Source: Azolla caroliniana (taxonomy: Eukaryota > Plantae > Polypodiophyta). From it: a stretch of 64,000 nt of DNA. How positions within the stretch are numbered: position 1 is the stretch's first letter; each line of letters begins with the position of its first letter. A program made the translations under genes and the position numbers. The stretch spans positions 5,518,001-5,582,000 of the forward strand of contig JBHGNT010000022.1 in assembly GCA_043228905.1 (NCBI GenBank). Direction: 5' to 3'. Of this stretch, positions 62,525 through 64,000 are shown piece after piece. Under the pieces are notes generated by a model. That model did not search any database. It was given only the letters and a program-made list of their open reading frames with translations, and was not told the origin of the DNA.

Positions 62525-64000
62525 ATGCAAAGAGTTATTTCTTTAAAACCTATTCTGTCCTCTTCTGTTTCACCACAGAGACAGAAACAGATTCGTACTG
62601 AACGATTTTCTGCCTATAATCACGATAGCCTTAAGCTTGCGTCATCTCCACCATAGCACTTTAATTTCTTGTCTGAAGACGAAAATATGCCGATTCTTGT
62701 TTCTGATAACTTGCGCTAGTGGCTCGTCAACAAAAATATGCAAGGGTTCAGCCAAGTGGCAGAAGCAGAACCCCATCCTCGTGCTGCAGAACTTTTGCAA
62801 CAGATCGATGTTTCAAAAATCACGAATAAAAAGGTACGCCGAATGTTGAACTTGAGAAGAGAAGGTTTTGATATGGTCTAGGAAATGGACAAAGACATGC
62901 TCAGGTCTTATTTCGGAGAATATTCTCCCTTGGCCAAAGCTTTTCAAACGTAGGGAGGGGAAGATGATTTTTTTCATGAAGTAGCGAAATTTTTGTTGGA
63001 AGTGGGATTTGTCAGTTCTCGATTTTACTGTATGCCCAAGAAAAGGGTCGGGTTCATACTCGCCACATATGAGGGTGAGGTTTTCGACTGGGGGTTGCTG
63101 TTAGCAAAAGCTCTAAGGGAGCTGCTACATGGGTTACAGAAAGGGAAACCAATGAAACAATTATTTGGTCGATGGTTGTAGGTATGGTTTCCAACGCAAG
63201 GGTCGGAAAACTGATCAAAAGAACAAAGGTCGCCCCGACCACAACAAGCATCCTGGCCCCGAAGACAAGTGCAACGAGAGGAGTGGCAGGAAGGAGAATC
63301 CACGCGAGTCGACACCACTCAACTGCAACCTTAACAACAATCGGTATCCTCATGAGTACTAGAGTTGACGCAAAATCAAGAGTCGGCAGCACAACCACAA
63401 CCTAAAAAACAACCCGATCCACTGGCCACAACACATCCAATCTCACAACCACCTCGACCCAATCAGGAGTCAACATATGTCGTAACTAAACAACCAACAC
63501 AAAGAAAGAGTCGAGTAAAACAAAGGGCTCAACGATTTCCACGGACTCAGCAAGAGGAGCCTACGCAGAAGAAACAAAGAACAGACGACCAGGACACAGT
63601 AACCACACAGGTACCTCGTGTCAATCCTAATGACACAACTAGAATTCAGAAAGGGCAGTCGTCAATAACCACGGTCCAAGAAGCAACTAGATTCTCCGTA
63701 ATTCCGCCAACAACACATGTATTGGCAACCATTTTGCAATTTGGAACATCTTATGAATTAGTAGAATGGTTAGCTCATAGGTTACAAGAGGTGTCGGAGA
63801 GAATGGTACAAGAGCACCCGGATCAGATAATGATCCAAAAATCATTAAGTGGAGTTGTTGAGCCGTAGGAGCAACAAGACATCGATCGAATTGGCCAACA
63901 ACGAAGTACAAAGAATAAAGACGAAGCCATCCAGATGCCACCATTGCATGAGGCTCTAGTAGAAGTACCTCGAGAATATGACAAGGCCAGCCAAGCAGCC
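62525..64000 (+). pseudogene. Degenerate extra ORF downstream of gypsy L pol, function unknown
   Basis: Fragmented sense frames (EGEVFDWGLLLAKAL; Q/P/T/K-rich part). Confidence 0.45.

Larger units (their letters stand above)
51891..64000 (+). mobile_element. Gypsy L: non-chromovirus-type gypsy element, degenerate, interrupted by copia K; runs off the window
   Basis: LTR 51891 to about 52375; Arg-like PBS TGGCACGCTCGGT near 52384; gag, PR, RT, RNase H, integrase in gypsy order. Confidence 0.8.

Overview
Gene-free plant heterochromatin built almost entirely of nested retrotransposons. I found no host genes, rRNA, genuine tRNA genes or CRISPR arrays. One compact iMet-primed Ty1/copia family dominates: elements A, C, D, F, I, J, K, a 3' fragment and several solo LTRs. 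It is mixed with tRNA-Trp-primed Ty3/gypsy elements that make 4-bp target-site duplications (TSDs), a second gypsy group with an Arg-like primer-binding site (PBS), one Ale-type copia and one LINE. By inference this resembles moss (Physcomitrium-type) Bryco/RLC5 centromeric clusters. TSDs and reading frames resolve a five-level nest (copia D > copia A > LINE > gypsy B > copia C) and a second nest (gypsy H > gypsy G > copia F, and gypsy G > copia E > solo LTR). Main leads: (1) a conserved antisense tRNA-like A-box/B-box module in all four Trp-type gypsy LTR lineages; (2) a LINE that is intact once reconstructed, sits in a (CT)n tract, and has ORF1 and an AUG-less ORF2 in frame across a single UAG; (3) a gypsy element encoding an in-frame Gag-integrase fusion with no protease, RT or RNase H; (4) CG-centred 4-bp target sites; (5) 5' LTRs that are one U3 repeat unit shorter than 3' LTRs in three elements; (6) a copia sublineage with a duplicated PBS-gag start; (7) a copia with a swapped gag. 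All comparisons were made by eye and no database search was run.
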